Part shown: one piece after another, positions 28,365 to 37,700 of the stretch
How positions within the stretch are numbered: position 1 is the stretch's first letter
Layout of the letters: each line of letters opens with the position of its first letter
IMG/VR virus record: IMGVR_UViG_3300017913_002196
From: an uncultured virus (IMG/VR IMGVR_UViG_3300017913_002196)
Taxonomy: Duplodnaviria > Heunggongvirae > Uroviricota > Caudoviricetes
Length of the DNA: 64,000 nt
Strand: one strand, 5' to 3'
Made by a program: the position numbers and the translations under genes
Notes under the pieces: model-generated
Database searches by the model: none
Seen by the model: only the letters and a program-made list of their open reading frames with translations
What the model was told of the DNA's origin: nothing

Positions 28365-28565
28365 CTATTCTTTAACAAGTTTAAAACAGACATATTCATT
28401 ACCAATTGGCGTATCAATAGTAATATGTTCTGTATTAGGAAGAGGGGCTCTACATTTTTTAAGCTCTATCCACTGATAACCTTCTGCAATTTGTTGATTT
28501 TTAGTTTTCAAGAAATCAGCCTCACTCCACGCAAACATAGCTAAAAAAATAATTAAGCCTTCCAT
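28365..28565 (-). CDS. Small exported or membrane hypothetical protein
   Basis: AGGAG RBS, hydrophobic N-terminus, two Cys. Confidence 0.65.
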   Translation of the reverse strand: MEGLIIFLAMFAWSEADFLKTKNQQIAEGYQWIELKKCRAPLPNTEHITIDTPIGNEYVCFKLVKE

Positions 28566-28635
28566 AATCTTCTCCTGGGCACCACTCGTTTAATTATTTA
28601 TAAAGAGAAACGAGACTCTTTTCTAAGGTATTTAT

Positions 28636-28709
28636 TGGCAGGGGCACAAAGAATTGAACTCTGTCTTACTGGGTTGGAGCCAGCCGTGCTACCGTAACAC
28701 TTTACCCCT
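28636..28709 (-). tRNA. trnW: tRNA-Trp(CCA)
   Basis: AGGGGTA/TGCCCCT acceptor stem, GCTGG-CTCCAAC-CCAGT anticodon arm, GTTCAA, encoded CCA. Confidence 0.88.
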
Positions 28710-28714
28710 AAATT

Positions 28715-28801
28715 TGGTGGGCACACCCGGACTTGAACCGGGAAGACTGTATCGTCGACAGATTTTAAGTCTGTTGTGTTTACCAATTTCACCATGCGCC
28801 C
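28715..28801 (-). tRNA. trnL: tRNA-Leu(TAA)
   Basis: GGGCGCA/TGTGCCC, ACAGA-CTTAAAA-TCTGT, long variable arm, GGTTCAAGTCC, CCA. Confidence 0.93.
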
Positions 28802-28802
28802 T

Positions 28803-28879
28803 TGGTGATTCCGGGAGGATTCGAACCCCCGACCTACTGATTAGAAGTCAGTTGCTCTATCCAGCTGAGCTACGGAACC
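28803..28879 (-). tRNA. trnR: tRNA-Arg(TCT)
   Basis: GGTTCCG/CGGAATC, ACTGA-CTTCTAA-TCAGT, GGTTCGAATCC, CCA. Confidence 0.95.
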
Positions 28880-29021
28880 TATCTTTCCTATCACGTTCGT
28901 TCTTTTTACGTAAAGCTTCTTGACGATTCTTTTCTCGTACTTTAGGATCAAGATGATCATATCCTTTGATACCCCAATCTCGAGCCCATTCAGCAATCAT
29001 ATTAATATTATGTTTCCGCAT
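28857..29021 (-). CDS. 54-aa hypothetical protein whose stop lies inside tRNA-Arg
   Basis: MRKHNINMIAEWARDWGIKGYDHLDPKVREKNRQEALRKKNERDRKDRFRSSAG. Confidence 0.45.
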   Translation of the reverse strand: MRKHNINMIAEWARDWGIKGYDHLDPKVREKNRQEALRKKNERDRKDRFRSSAG

Positions 29022-29244
29022 CTCTGCCAACTCCTAATCTATTATACATATACTCTACATCACTTTTAGCACTCTTAAGAGTGTCTCTAGTAAAGACTGG
29101 TCTACCTGTTACATTAGCTTCATATACTTTCCCCAAAGGTTTAACATAACCAATCTTTACTTGCTGAACAGTATCTACTAGAGTGTGTTCAATAAACCCT
29201 AGTTCGTTTCTGTTTCTGCTCCATCTCACCCATTCATCCATCAC
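29008..29244 (-). CDS. Hypothetical protein
   Basis: Coupled ORF. Confidence 0.65.
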   Translation of the reverse strand: MMDEWVRWSRNRNELGFIEHTLVDTVQQVKIGYVKPLGKVYEANVTGRPVFTRDTLKSAKSDVEYMYNRLGVGRDAET

Positions 29245-29450
29245 AAACCTAGCACTTTCTCTACTTCTTTTTCCGTAGTAGGAAGACCCTTACCTGATCG
29301 AAGCCAATCTTCGACCTGCTCAAAGTAAAACCCAGCATCTTCATTACCGTTATTATACAAGCTTTGCTTAGCTATTTTAAAAAAAGTTACTGTAGCCATA
29401 CCGTCAATAGAGACAACCGCCGGCTTGCTCTTAGCTCTTCGCTGATACAT
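29241..29450 (-). CDS. Hypothetical protein
   Basis: ORF downstream of a TATAAT-containing gap. Confidence 0.7.
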   Translation of the reverse strand: MYQRRAKSKPAVVSIDGMATVTFFKIAKQSLYNNGNEDAGFYFEQVEDWLRSGKGLPTTEKEVEKVLGL

Positions 29451-29489
29451 AATTACACCCTAATTGTTATTAATACTTATATTATAGAA

Positions 29490-29918
29490 TTATTTTCTGA
29501 GATTTTCAATAGCTTCTTTATTTTTAGCTATCTTTTCATCTTGAGCTTTATCAATCATTTCTTGTATTCTTCTACCTTTTTCTTCATCTGTGTCAAGATG
29601 AAGGTCTTTATTGATAATCTTTTCTAACCTTTGTCTTGGAAGCTGATCGTTTGGAATAAATCGCCAGACATAACCTCTATCACTGTACACACCAAACACG
29701 GTTTCTCTTAATCCAAACTTAACTATGATAGCATCTTTACCGTCTAGTATAACATGATCACCTTCACAAAAAGCAGAGTTGTTTCTATACTTTAACCCAA
29801 TCATAAGATTAGTTGCAAAGTCCTTGAACCAGAACGCTGCACTAATAGAAATTAGTATAGCAATCCATGGTGCAAGGAGATCTGTTAGTTCCATTCCAAG
29901 TTGGTCAAATACTTCCAT
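29490..29918 (-). CDS. Small MscS-like membrane protein
   Basis: One TM segment, then F.EGDHVILDG..IVKFGLRETVF (MscS beta-domain-like). Confidence 0.6.
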   Translation of the reverse strand: MEVFDQLGMELTDLLAPWIAILISISAAFWFKDFATNLMIGLKYRNNSAFCEGDHVILDGKDAIIVKFGLRETVFGVYSDRGYVWRFIPNDQLPRQRLEKIINKDLHLDTDEEKGRRIQEMIDKAQDEKIAKNKEAIENLRK

Positions 29919-29928
29919 ACACTATTTA

Positions 29929-30876
29929 TTAGGCTGCTTCTGCGTACTCCACAGCCTTCTTTACCGCGTCAATCTTCTTAGTACGAGTTGCACCATACCA
30001 GATAGAATTTAGACGAGTATCACCAGGACGACCTAATTGGTGATCAGTTACATATGTAACCGCGTTAAGAGCGGACCACCAAGAGCCTCTAGCAAACTCT
30101 GCACCAGGTTGAGTTTCTAATACATCGTAAGCCATTTGAGCTGAACGAACTAGTTTATCGTCTTTAAGAGACTTACCAAATACATCAGATAAGAACTTCT
30201 TAAACTGCTCATCTGTTACCTGCTTAGAACCTAAAAACTTAGCTGTCTCTTTATATTCATCCATATGAGTTGAAGCAAGACCAAGAACTTCTTTAACTCC
30301 TTCAGGTTCAAACTCTTTGCGATGATTAAGTTTAACTGCATTCTGAGCAGCCTGGCCAAGCGATAGAGTCAACGTATTATTACATACAACTCTTACGGGA
30401 GTGAAACGAATATCTACCGCTTGACCAAACTTATGAGGATTAGAGAACAATAGATAACCTTCTACTTTATCTCCGCTAAACAATTCAAAGTCAGATGCAA
30501 TCTTTGCTAAAGCCCATACTCTTTTACCATCAAATAAAGAACCTGCAGTATGCATAGTCATTTGACCTTTCTTACAAAACGAATCAAAAAACTTAAATGC
30601 TTCTTCATTTTGTACAGGGTTCCAGTCAACACCTACAATATCTAGCAATTTATTATCTGTGCTACGTATTAGAGCTTGTTTATTAGGTACTTTGATCTCA
30701 TCATAGTCACCATAATACATATTAACTTTCTTAACTGACCAATCAAGACCTGCAGCTAGCATCATTTCTTTCGGAGTCACACCCTCCTCAAGTTTAACAC
30801 CTAGCCCGTGCCAAGGAGTTTCACCTACATAGGCCATTTGAGCTTGACCGTCAACAATTTCTAATTCATGTGCCAT
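29929..30876 (-). CDS. DUF932 family phage protein
   Basis: MAHELE..ETPWHGLG..AGLDW..PVQNEEAF..AGSL.DGKRVWALA..FTPVRVVCNNTL. Confidence 0.9.
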   Translation of the reverse strand: MAHELEIVDGQAQMAYVGETPWHGLGVKLEEGVTPKEMMLAAGLDWSVKKVNMYYGDYDEIKVPNKQALIRSTDNKLLDIVGVDWNPVQNEEAFKFFDSFCKKGQMTMHTAGSLFDGKRVWALAKIASDFELFSGDKVEGYLLFSNPHKFGQAVDIRFTPVRVVCNNTLTLSLGQAAQNAVKLNHRKEFEPEGVKEVLGLASTHMDEYKETAKFLGSKQVTDEQFKKFLSDVFGKSLKDDKLVRSAQMAYDVLETQPGAEFARGSWWSALNAVTYVTDHQLGRPGDTRLNSIWYGATRTKKIDAVKKAVEYAEAA

Positions 30877-30933
30877 TTTCTTCTCCAATTTTATTACATA
30901 TACATTATAACAACAAGTTTTTAAAAGTTCTAA

Positions 30934-31173
30934 TTAAACTAACTTTTTTTCGTACTCTAAGTAGATTATAATATCTTTTACTTCTTCTTGTGTTGGAATT
31001 TTATATGGACCTACAGCACTATCAAGTTCCATATAAGTATTACCAAACCTGTCCTGCAGAAAATGCCAAAACTTGACAGTTCTATCATCGGGATCAACAT
31101 CTGTATCTCTGTAATAATTCCATGTACCTATTTCAAAGATAAGATCTCCGGTAGGTTCAAAATTAGACCACAT
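30934..31173 (-). CDS. Hypothetical protein
   Basis: Likely start MWSNFEP with GGAG upstream. Confidence 0.6.
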   Translation of the reverse strand: MWSNFEPTGDLIFEIGTWNYYRDTDVDPDDRTVKFWHFLQDRFGNTYMELDSAVGPYKIPTQEEVKDIIIYLEYEKKLV

Positions 31174-31375
31174 AATCACTCCAATACTCATTCCAAAGCT
31201 CTGTAGTAAGCTCTGCTTTTTCTCTCCAGTCCATATGAGCAATTAAATTCATAGCTCCATTATTAACTAAATCAAGCATTAGTTCTTCTACAGATTCTTG
31301 ACCACAAATAGTCTCTGATACCTTATCAATAAACTCTTCTTCCATATCCATGGCTAATGATTTCATCTTTCCCAT
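31163..31375 (-). CDS. Hypothetical protein
   Basis: MGKMKSLAMDMEE; GAGG RBS. Confidence 0.7.
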   Translation of the reverse strand: MGKMKSLAMDMEEEFIDKVSETICGQESVEELMLDLVNNGAMNLIAHMDWREKAELTTELWNEYWSDYVV

Positions 31376-31686
31376 TACGCTACCTCATCTGCTTTTATTA
31401 AAATACCCATCTGAGCACAAAAGTCAATTAACTGCTCATTAGTTAGTTTAGAGAAGTCTAATGAACGAGCGTAAGACTTACTCATTGCATCAGCTGCCAT
31501 GTAATAAGCTGACTCTTCTAGCTCAATACGCTCATACTCAGCCATAGTACCTGAAGGAACCCGATCAGACCAATACTCAGTATCAGTATGACAAGGAAGC
31601 ATTCCCATCCAGTTGCCTGGAATCTTAGAAAACTCCTCAGCTTCTTTACGCTGCGCTACAATATAATCTACAAGTGCTTTTTCCAT
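31375..31686 (-). CDS. Hypothetical protein
   Basis: Likely start MEKALV; GGAG RBS. Confidence 0.7.
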   Translation of the reverse strand: MEKALVDYIVAQRKEAEEFSKIPGNWMGMLPCHTDTEYWSDRVPSGTMAEYERIELEESAYYMAADAMSKSYARSLDFSKLTNEQLIDFCAQMGILIKADEVA

Positions 31687-31688
31687 AA

Positions 31689-31958
31689 TTAAGCTCCAAA
31701 TGAAGTTGAAAGACAAACTGGGTTATCAATACCTAACTGCTTACCGTTAACAGTAGTAGGACACTCACACCATTCCATGGCACGCTCAAGGTTACCAAAA
31801 ACCTCTTCATAAGATTCGAAAGTACCATCTTCTAACTGCTTCTCAACGATAGCAACATAATCACCAAGCATATCTACCTGAACAGAAATATCGTGACCAG
31901 ATACACAGTTAGTAGCCTGAAAAAAACCTTCTTCAACTTTTGCAAATTCGATAATCAT
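31689..31958 (-). CDS. Hypothetical protein (first gene after the early promoter)
   Basis: AGGAG RBS, MIIEFAK start. Confidence 0.65.
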   Translation of the reverse strand: MIIEFAKVEEGFFQATNCVSGHDISVQVDMLGDYVAIVEKQLEDGTFESYEEVFGNLERAMEWCECPTTVNGKQLGIDNPVCLSTSFGA

Positions 31959-31989
31959 GTCTAAATCTCCTAAATTCTTATTATACCTT

Positions 31990-32018
31990 ATTATAACTAC
32001 TTCTATAGTAAAGATCAA
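31990..32018 (-). promoter_or_regulatory. Sigma70-like early promoter
   Basis: TTGATC-N17-TATAAT with A/T tracts upstream, preceding a run of small genes. Confidence 0.7.
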
Positions 32019-32139
32019 CTAAAAAAGGGCTACTAAAACCCAATAAAAACAAAAGGTTAGGATTTTTTTTCCTAACCTATTGAAAACATTGATAATAAAA
32101 ATGAACTTTTTTTAACTTTTTTTCTCAATAATTACAACA

Positions 32140-32343
32140 CTATACAAACTTTATATCTTTTTTCTGCAAATTGTGTGGATTAATATGAGGTAAATCTCTT
32201 TTTGCTTCTTCTACTGTAAGATATGGACCAACAGACCCTAAGATTTTTTGTGAACCATCAACATTAGTTCTTACACACAATACTTCATATGCTTCTTCAA
32301 TAGAGAATATTCGTACTATAGGATAACTAAGTTCATACGACAT
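32140..32343 (-). CDS. Hypothetical protein
   Basis: Coupled ORF. Confidence 0.6.
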   Translation of the reverse strand: MSYELSYPIVRIFSIEEAYEVLCVRTNVDGSQKILGSVGPYLTVEEAKRDLPHINPHNLQKKDIKFV

Positions 32344-33010
32344 TTATCACAACATTGAACACCTGTCTATGCATATGTTCTGGGCAGTTAATCTGAGTTA
32401 CGCTATGCCATCCGACAGGGTCATTTTTAAATAATAATGAATAGTTACCAGTAACAGGATAGGTAGTAAAACTTTCAAAATCTTCTGCTTCTGGATTCAT
32501 TTTTTCAACTAGTTTATTCTTATAGAAGCAGGTTGTTCCTCCATATTCTTCCTTCCAGCCTTCTGGCATAAAATAGAATAAATGAGACCCGTGTTTACCT
32601 GCACTATCTACATGAGGAGACACATCTAAACCGTATTGTGTTCTATGAAAATCTAATCTCATAGAAAATTTTTTAATTTTAAGAGTGTCTTTAATCCAAT
32701 CGCTATATTGTTTACCTCTAAGTATTTCTTCAGCAAAAGTTCTCCATGTTCCTTCTAATGCTGATAAAGGTCTGTTATATTTGTCAAAATAACTAGGTTG
32801 TTTAACATCACTTATGACCATCATTCTTCTACAATGAGGTCTTTGATTAAGTTTTCTTTGTTCAGGAAACTCATCATCGAATAAATCATTACTAGGAAAA
32901 TTATCTCTGAGATAGCTAAATGTAGTATCATCTAAAAAACCTGAAATATGCTCATGAGGTGCCATTCCAGGTTTATTGTAAAACTCATTCAATGTACTTG
33001 TATTAAGCAT
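32333..33010 (-). CDS. 2OG-Fe(II) oxygenase
   Basis: SPHVD..W.EEYGG.T..N.SL.F...GWHSV..R. Confidence 0.8.
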   Translation of the reverse strand: MLNTSTLNEFYNKPGMAPHEHISGFLDDTTFSYLRDNFPSNDLFDDEFPEQRKLNQRPHCRRMMVISDVKQPSYFDKYNRPLSALEGTWRTFAEEILRGKQYSDWIKDTLKIKKFSMRLDFHRTQYGLDVSPHVDSAGKHGSHLFYFMPEGWKEEYGGTTCFYKNKLVEKMNPEAEDFESFTTYPVTGNYSLLFKNDPVGWHSVTQINCPEHMHRQVFNVVINVV

Positions 33011-33704
33011 AGTGTTGTTTTACCCAATCCACTTCATTTATCACTTCTTCGGGGTTTGGGTTCCCGTGGAAAACACACACTCTGCCACCTTCGGGAATCC
33101 ATCTACCAAACATTTGAGAACGATCTCCGGCGTGGGCGCCTCTTTTAACTCCTTTTTTATAACTCCACAACCATTCATCAGGAAAAGGGTTGTGAAAATC
33201 AGGGTAACTATTGAGATAGTGCGAAATAACGTTCTGGTCTCCAAAGAAATGTACTTGTTTAGTATAACTGTGCCATAGTTTCCTGTTATTTATATAGTGT
33301 GTGTAAATGCCAGCACTTTGTACATTATTAAATCTTAGAACAGAGGAATTATATTCTTTTCCAGGGAGAATACCATTGTCAGGCCGGATAAAATCTCTAA
33401 TAGCAGAAAAGGATGGCCAGTCAAAAAGCTCATCAATATTATCAACAATAACAACATCAAGATCAAAATATAAATATTCACCATCTGGTAATACTCCCGG
33501 TTTAAACATTTGAAGTTTATTCCACCAACCCACTTCATCTGTATTTAATTCGACAGTTTTATAGTTAGGATATCTATCTACTTGATCTGTTAAGACATAG
33601 AAGTCAAAGTTGCGATTAGTATTACGACGGACCATATTGTAAAGTCTATGAGTGTAATCGGGTCCATATTTAGTTCCCCAGTTTACGCATACAACGTTAA
33701 CCAT
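33003..33704 (-). CDS. Glycosyltransferase (GT-A, GT8-like)
   Basis: VCVNWGTKYG, GWWNKL, YFDLDVVI (DxD), NSSV, GDQ, FHGNPNP. Confidence 0.85.
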   Translation of the reverse strand: MVNVVCVNWGTKYGPDYTHRLYNMVRRNTNRNFDFYVLTDQVDRYPNYKTVELNTDEVGWWNKLQMFKPGVLPDGEYLYFDLDVVIVDNIDELFDWPSFSAIRDFIRPDNGILPGKEYNSSVLRFNNVQSAGIYTHYINNRKLWHSYTKQVHFFGDQNVISHYLNSYPDFHNPFPDEWLWSYKKGVKRGAHAGDRSQMFGRWIPEGGRVCVFHGNPNPEEVINEVDWVKQHYA

Positions 33705-34059
33705 CTTTTTTCATTTGCTCTCTAATCTTAGTAGCTGAAATTGATGTAAACTCTTCTCCAAGTTCTTCTTTTTCAATCTTATAACCAACATCTCTACCAT
33801 AAGTAATATGTACAATGTTAGGTACAGATAAGATAGTGTAATCTTTAAGAGTTTCGAACCCTGCTTCTGTTAACTTTTCAGCTATCTGCATAACTCTTTC
33901 ATCTACATCATAAGGATTATTTTCATCAATTTCAGTAGTACGCAGCATAATAGCTACTTGACCAGTTTTTGAATGTGCCCGTCTAAAAAGTTCTGTATGC
34001 CCTTCATGCCAGGGTTGAAATCTTCCAAGCATCTGTGTAGTTGGTTTTGTCCAATCCAT
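33697..34059 (-). CDS. Cytidyltransferase-like (HxGH) nucleotidyltransferase
   Basis: GRFQPWHEGH..YGRDVGY..ISATKIR. Confidence 0.85.
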   Translation of the reverse strand: MDWTKPTTQMLGRFQPWHEGHTELFRRAHSKTGQVAIMLRTTEIDENNPYDVDERVMQIAEKLTEAGFETLKDYTILSVPNIVHITYGRDVGYKIEKEELGEEFTSISATKIREQMKKDG

Positions 34060-34397
34060 TTTTCTATCCTTAAATCATATTTCATTGGAGGTTCAAATAA
34101 TTTGTTAGTATCTTCGTATCTACCTTCGTTAATAGTATCCATCCAAATAGTAAAGTTGGGGTTAGCTATTTTTCTTAGATATTCTGTAGGAGAAACAAAG
34201 TCTAATATACCCCAATAATTACTCATTCTTTGTGCTTGTCTTCTTCTTCCCGTAGGTGTAAAATCCCAATCATTGTAGAGCTCTCTTACAGTGTCTGCAC
34301 AGTAATGAGGTATACAAAAGTGATATGCTAACTCTCTAGCTAACCAAGTTTTACCAGATCCGGGAAGCCCGCAAATAAGTATTTTTCTAAAAGCCAT
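33954..34397 (-). CDS. Adenylylsulfate-kinase-like P-loop kinase
   Basis: GLPGSGKT, ADTVR..DWDF...GRRRQA, WMDTI..GRYEDTN..FEPP. Confidence 0.8.
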   Translation of the reverse strand: MAFRKILICGLPGSGKTWLARELAYHFCIPHYCADTVRELYNDWDFTPTGRRRQAQRMSNYWGILDFVSPTEYLRKIANPNFTIWMDTINEGRYEDTNKLFEPPMKYDLRIEKWIGQNQLHRCLEDFNPGMKGIQNFLDGHIQKLVK

Positions 34398-34401
34398 TGG
34401 C

Positions 34402-34752
34402 TCACCTATCATTATTAAAACCCACAGACTCTCTAACTATATCTTTTTCAGGAAACTCAGCCCAATACAATTCATAAGCAACTGCATCTTCTAAACACTC
34501 AAATTGGTGTTGTACACCAGGTTTTACTTTAGTGTATTCACCCGGACCTAAAACAGTTTCATCTACTAAATCATAATCGTTTTGCCATACACGAATAAGC
34601 AGTTTACCTGATTCTACAAAGAAACCATTCCATTTAAACTCATGCAAGTGCTTTGAGCATACACCACCTGCTTTTGTTTCAATACGATGAAATTCTAATA
34701 CACCGTTACGTTCTACTAATTCTGTAGTTCCCCATACTTTACCTGCAATCAT
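34402..34752 (-). CDS. Cupin-fold protein (putative sugar isomerase)
   Basis: GKVWG..CSKHLH..KWNGFFV..V.PG..HQF. Confidence 0.8.
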   Translation of the reverse strand: MIAGKVWGTTELVERNGVLEFHRIETKAGGVCSKHLHEFKWNGFFVESGKLLIRVWQNDYDLVDETVLGPGEYTKVKPGVQHQFECLEDAVAYELYWAEFPEKDIVRESVGFNNDR

Positions 34753-35531
34753 TTTACTACTCTTTCTATCTCTAAAAGTTTTTGTATGATACCTACCATA
34801 TCTTCTAATTTGACCATGTTTGGTCCGTCTGATGGTGCGTCATCAGGGCTTGGGTGTGTTTCCATAAAGAACGACTGTACTCCAACTGCAGCTGCTGCTC
34901 TCGCAAGTGTTGGAACGTACGATCTATTTCCTCCCGACGACGTTCCGTTTCCACCAGGTTTTTGTACACTGTGCGTTGCATCGAAAACAATATCAACATC
35001 AGTATAATTATCAAGCATGTACTGGATGCCAGTGAAATCATTAATAAGAGTGTTGTATCCAAAACTAGTTCCTCTTTCTGTTATCCATACTTCTTTAGCA
35101 TTTTCTGTCTTAGTTAAAATACCTGCAACATCCCATGGAGCTAAAAACTGACCTTTTTTAACATTAATAATAAAGTCGGTGTCACAAGCACTTTTAATTA
35201 GATCAGTTTGTCTACATAAGAAAGCAGGAATCTGTAATACATCTAAAGCGTTTCTATAATCTACAGAAGCACTATTTACTTGCCATATTTCATGAACATC
35301 AGTTAACGTCTTAAGACCTGGTATAGCTTCTTTAATGGCTAAAAAGTCTTCTAGCGTTTCATGAAACCCTAAACCTCTTTTTCCAGATAAAGATGTTCTA
35401 TTAGCTTTATCGAATGATGCTTTGAAATAATATTCAAAGTTTAACACTCTACTTAACTCATGAAGATGTGAAGCAATTTCTAGAGACTGCTCATATGATT
35501 CATGTTGACATGGACCTGCAATAATTCTCAT
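34749..35531 (-). CDS. kdsA: Kdo-8-phosphate synthase
   Basis: IAGPC, KASFDKANRTS, QIPAFLCRQTDL, KKGQF, ERG, DATHSVQ, SDGPN. Confidence 0.96.
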   Translation of the reverse strand: MRIIAGPCQHESYEQSLEIASHLHELSRVLNFEYYFKASFDKANRTSLSGKRGLGFHETLEDFLAIKEAIPGLKTLTDVHEIWQVNSASVDYRNALDVLQIPAFLCRQTDLIKSACDTDFIINVKKGQFLAPWDVAGILTKTENAKEVWITERGTSFGYNTLINDFTGIQYMLDNYTDVDIVFDATHSVQKPGGNGTSSGGNRSYVPTLARAAAAVGVQSFFMETHPSPDDAPSDGPNMVKLEDMVGIIQKLLEIERVVK

Positions 35532-36283
35532 CTACGTTCAATATCCAACTCTGTTAACTCATCACCAAACCAAGTTTCTATTACTTTAGCAGGTTCTTTA
35601 CCTCTATTATAAGCTTTATGCCAAACTTGTTGCCCGATATCAAAACTTTGTGTCGGAATAATCATATCAGTTCTTTTTACGCCCATCCACTCTGTCTCAA
35701 TAGTTACTTGACCTTGTACTACATGCCAATGTTCTGATCTATGACTATGTCTTTGATCAGATAAACTCTTATTAGGTAGAATAGTTAACTCTTTTACAGC
35801 CCAACCTTCGCCTTCATCTAGTACTCTATACCAACCCCAAGGTCGTTCTGTTTTAGGTGCTTTCCAGTCTTCTAATATCCAAGAAGAGCTGTTCATTTTA
35901 TTTTTACCACCCACACCAAACTTAAACTCTACATCAAACTCAAAACTCATATCCATTTCAGGAATGTTTGATTTAGTTCTGTCTCCACCGTTCATAAAGA
36001 TGAGTTGGCTATCTGGAAACATTGCTGCAGCTCTTTCAATAAGATCACTAGCAGAGTCATCTTCATCAGAAAAGTCTGTTGCGTAGTTTACATCATGTAG
36101 AGCTTTTAGAATGCGAACTCTTTCTTGAAAAGGCATGAAGAATCTACCTTTCTTTCTACATAACCAATCATCAGAGTTAACACCTACTAATAAAAAGTCA
36201 CAAGCGTTTTTTGCAGCTTTAATGTAATTTATATGCCCTGAATGTATAGGGTCAAAGCCTCCTGATATAATACCTATTTTCAT
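35528..36283 (-). CDS. Cytidylyltransferase fused to a mannose-6-phosphate-isomerase-type cupin
   Basis: SGGFDPIHSGH..NSD.WL.RKKG..NGGDR..NSSS, then ERPWGWY..VKEL..QRH.HRSEHW. Confidence 0.88.
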   Translation of the reverse strand: MKIGIISGGFDPIHSGHINYIKAAKNACDFLLVGVNSDDWLCRKKGRFFMPFQERVRILKALHDVNYATDFSDEDDSASDLIERAAAMFPDSQLIFMNGGDRTKSNIPEMDMSFEFDVEFKFGVGGKNKMNSSSWILEDWKAPKTERPWGWYRVLDEGEGWAVKELTILPNKSLSDQRHSHRSEHWHVVQGQVTIETEWMGVKRTDMIIPTQSFDIGQQVWHKAYNRGKEPAKVIETWFGDELTELDIERR

Positions 36284-36963
36284 TATTCAATTCCAAACAT
36301 TTCTTTAATTTCATTTTTCCATAGTTCACCATGAGGACAGTTATGGTATTCTTTAAACCAAGGACCACCATCTGTATAGTGAATAAGAACTGGGTTTTCT
36401 TGTTCTATGTCATAGTAACCTGCTAAGAAATTAAACTTAGGTGGCAGTTTACCTATTCTTTCATCATTAGCCCACATCATTCTATGTAGATACATAGGCG
36501 TCTCTGTATTGACTACTTCTGGTGTTAGTGATGTGCAGTTCTTATTATTAAACAACATTACAGAGGACCAGTTCTTTCTAGGGTAAATGTGCTGCTCTCT
36601 TCCATCCATCTTAACCATTGACTTGGGATCATAGTCATGCTGCACACAATAAACATCTTTACCATAATCAGCAAACTCTAACACAAACTCTAAATCACTA
36701 AGACAAACCATATCACAGTCCATAAAAAGAGAATAGCCTTCATAGTTACTAAGATGAGGAACTAAAAATCTACTAATAGTAAATTCTGTAGAACCTTTTT
36801 TATCATTATCTCTAGTATATAACCCCTGTTCTCTCAGCTCATATAACTTAAGAGGATATACTTCAATATTAGGATTATGTTTAAGAATAGAGTGTTTTGC
36901 AACTTCATACGCAATATCTTCCCTACTATCCCAACCTATAAAGACTTTTAGATTATCTGACAT
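36283..36963 (-). CDS. Glycosyltransferase (GT-A)
   Basis: FIGWDSRE, STEFT.SRFLVP, FMDCD, YPRKNWSSVMLFN, HYTDGGPW. Confidence 0.88.
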   Translation of the reverse strand: MSDNLKVFIGWDSREDIAYEVAKHSILKHNPNIEVYPLKLYELREQGLYTRDNDKKGSTEFTISRFLVPHLSNYEGYSLFMDCDMVCLSDLEFVLEFADYGKDVYCVQHDYDPKSMVKMDGREQHIYPRKNWSSVMLFNNKNCTSLTPEVVNTETPMYLHRMMWANDERIGKLPPKFNFLAGYYDIEQENPVLIHYTDGGPWFKEYHNCPHGELWKNEIKEMFGIE

Positions 36964-37700
36964 TTACTATTCTCCATCATGACTTCCCAAGCGTCACCTA
37001 GTTCATTTCTTTCAAAAGAAGACCAAGTTAAGTTATCAAATACTTTCATTCTATCTGGTTCTTCTATCATTGCGTCTGTTTCTAACTGTTCTATATTCTT
37101 TGATGCACCTTTAGCTGGACACCAACCTAAAGAAATTGTTGGTGTACCAAGTCGCATTGCTTCTAATGCTGCAGCAGAACCCCAAGTAATCACACAATAG
37201 GCTTCTTTTATTTGCTGCTCTAAAGGTCTTGCTTTGCGACCTTTTGCAGGTTTACCTCTTACTATTATATCTTTATCTGTATATAAGTTCACATTATGTG
37301 CAATATAGTTTAAGAAGTTACGCAACCCGAACGTGTCCATATAAGGAGGAGATGGAGGAAGGACAAGTATTTTATCTCCTGTCCCTCCTCGCCACGGTAG
37401 TAGTTGCGTGCCGTGTTCGAATCTTCTACCTTCTCTCATAGTAGTTGGAGCGGTAGAATTAAGTAGTACTCTTTTATATTTACCTAAATAGCCATTATCC
37501 ATACACACCCAAGGTATTTTTCTATCAATAGCTTGTTTAATTACTTCATCCATTCCTCTAAGTACACCGTGTACTACAACACAAGATGCATCATCTGGTA
37601 CTATTGTACTAGGAAGTTCTATAAAGCTAGCTTCTTGATTTTGAACTAACTCTCTAACATTTGTAGCTTTAATATTTTTATCTAAGTACGCGTATATCAT
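36948..37700 (-). CDS. Putative GT-B glycosyltransferase (capsule KpsS/KpsC-like)
   Basis: DNGY..R, ILVLPPS, IIVR.KP, VITWGSAAALEA...G.P. Confidence 0.65.
   Translation of the reverse strand: MIYAYLDKNIKATNVRELVQNQEASFIELPSTIVPDDASCVVVHGVLRGMDEVIKQAIDRKIPWVCMDNGYLGKYKRVLLNSTAPTTMREGRRFEHGTQLLPWRGGTGDKILVLPPSPPYMDTFGLRNFLNYIAHNVNLYTDKDIIVRGKPAKGRKARPLEQQIKEAYCVITWGSAAALEAMRLGTPTISLGWCPAKGASKNIEQLETDAMIEEPDRMKVFDNLTWSSFERNELGDAWEVMMENSKCQII

Noticed and set aside
28598..28923. ORFs of 65 and 89 aa
   Set aside because: They overlie three tRNA genes.
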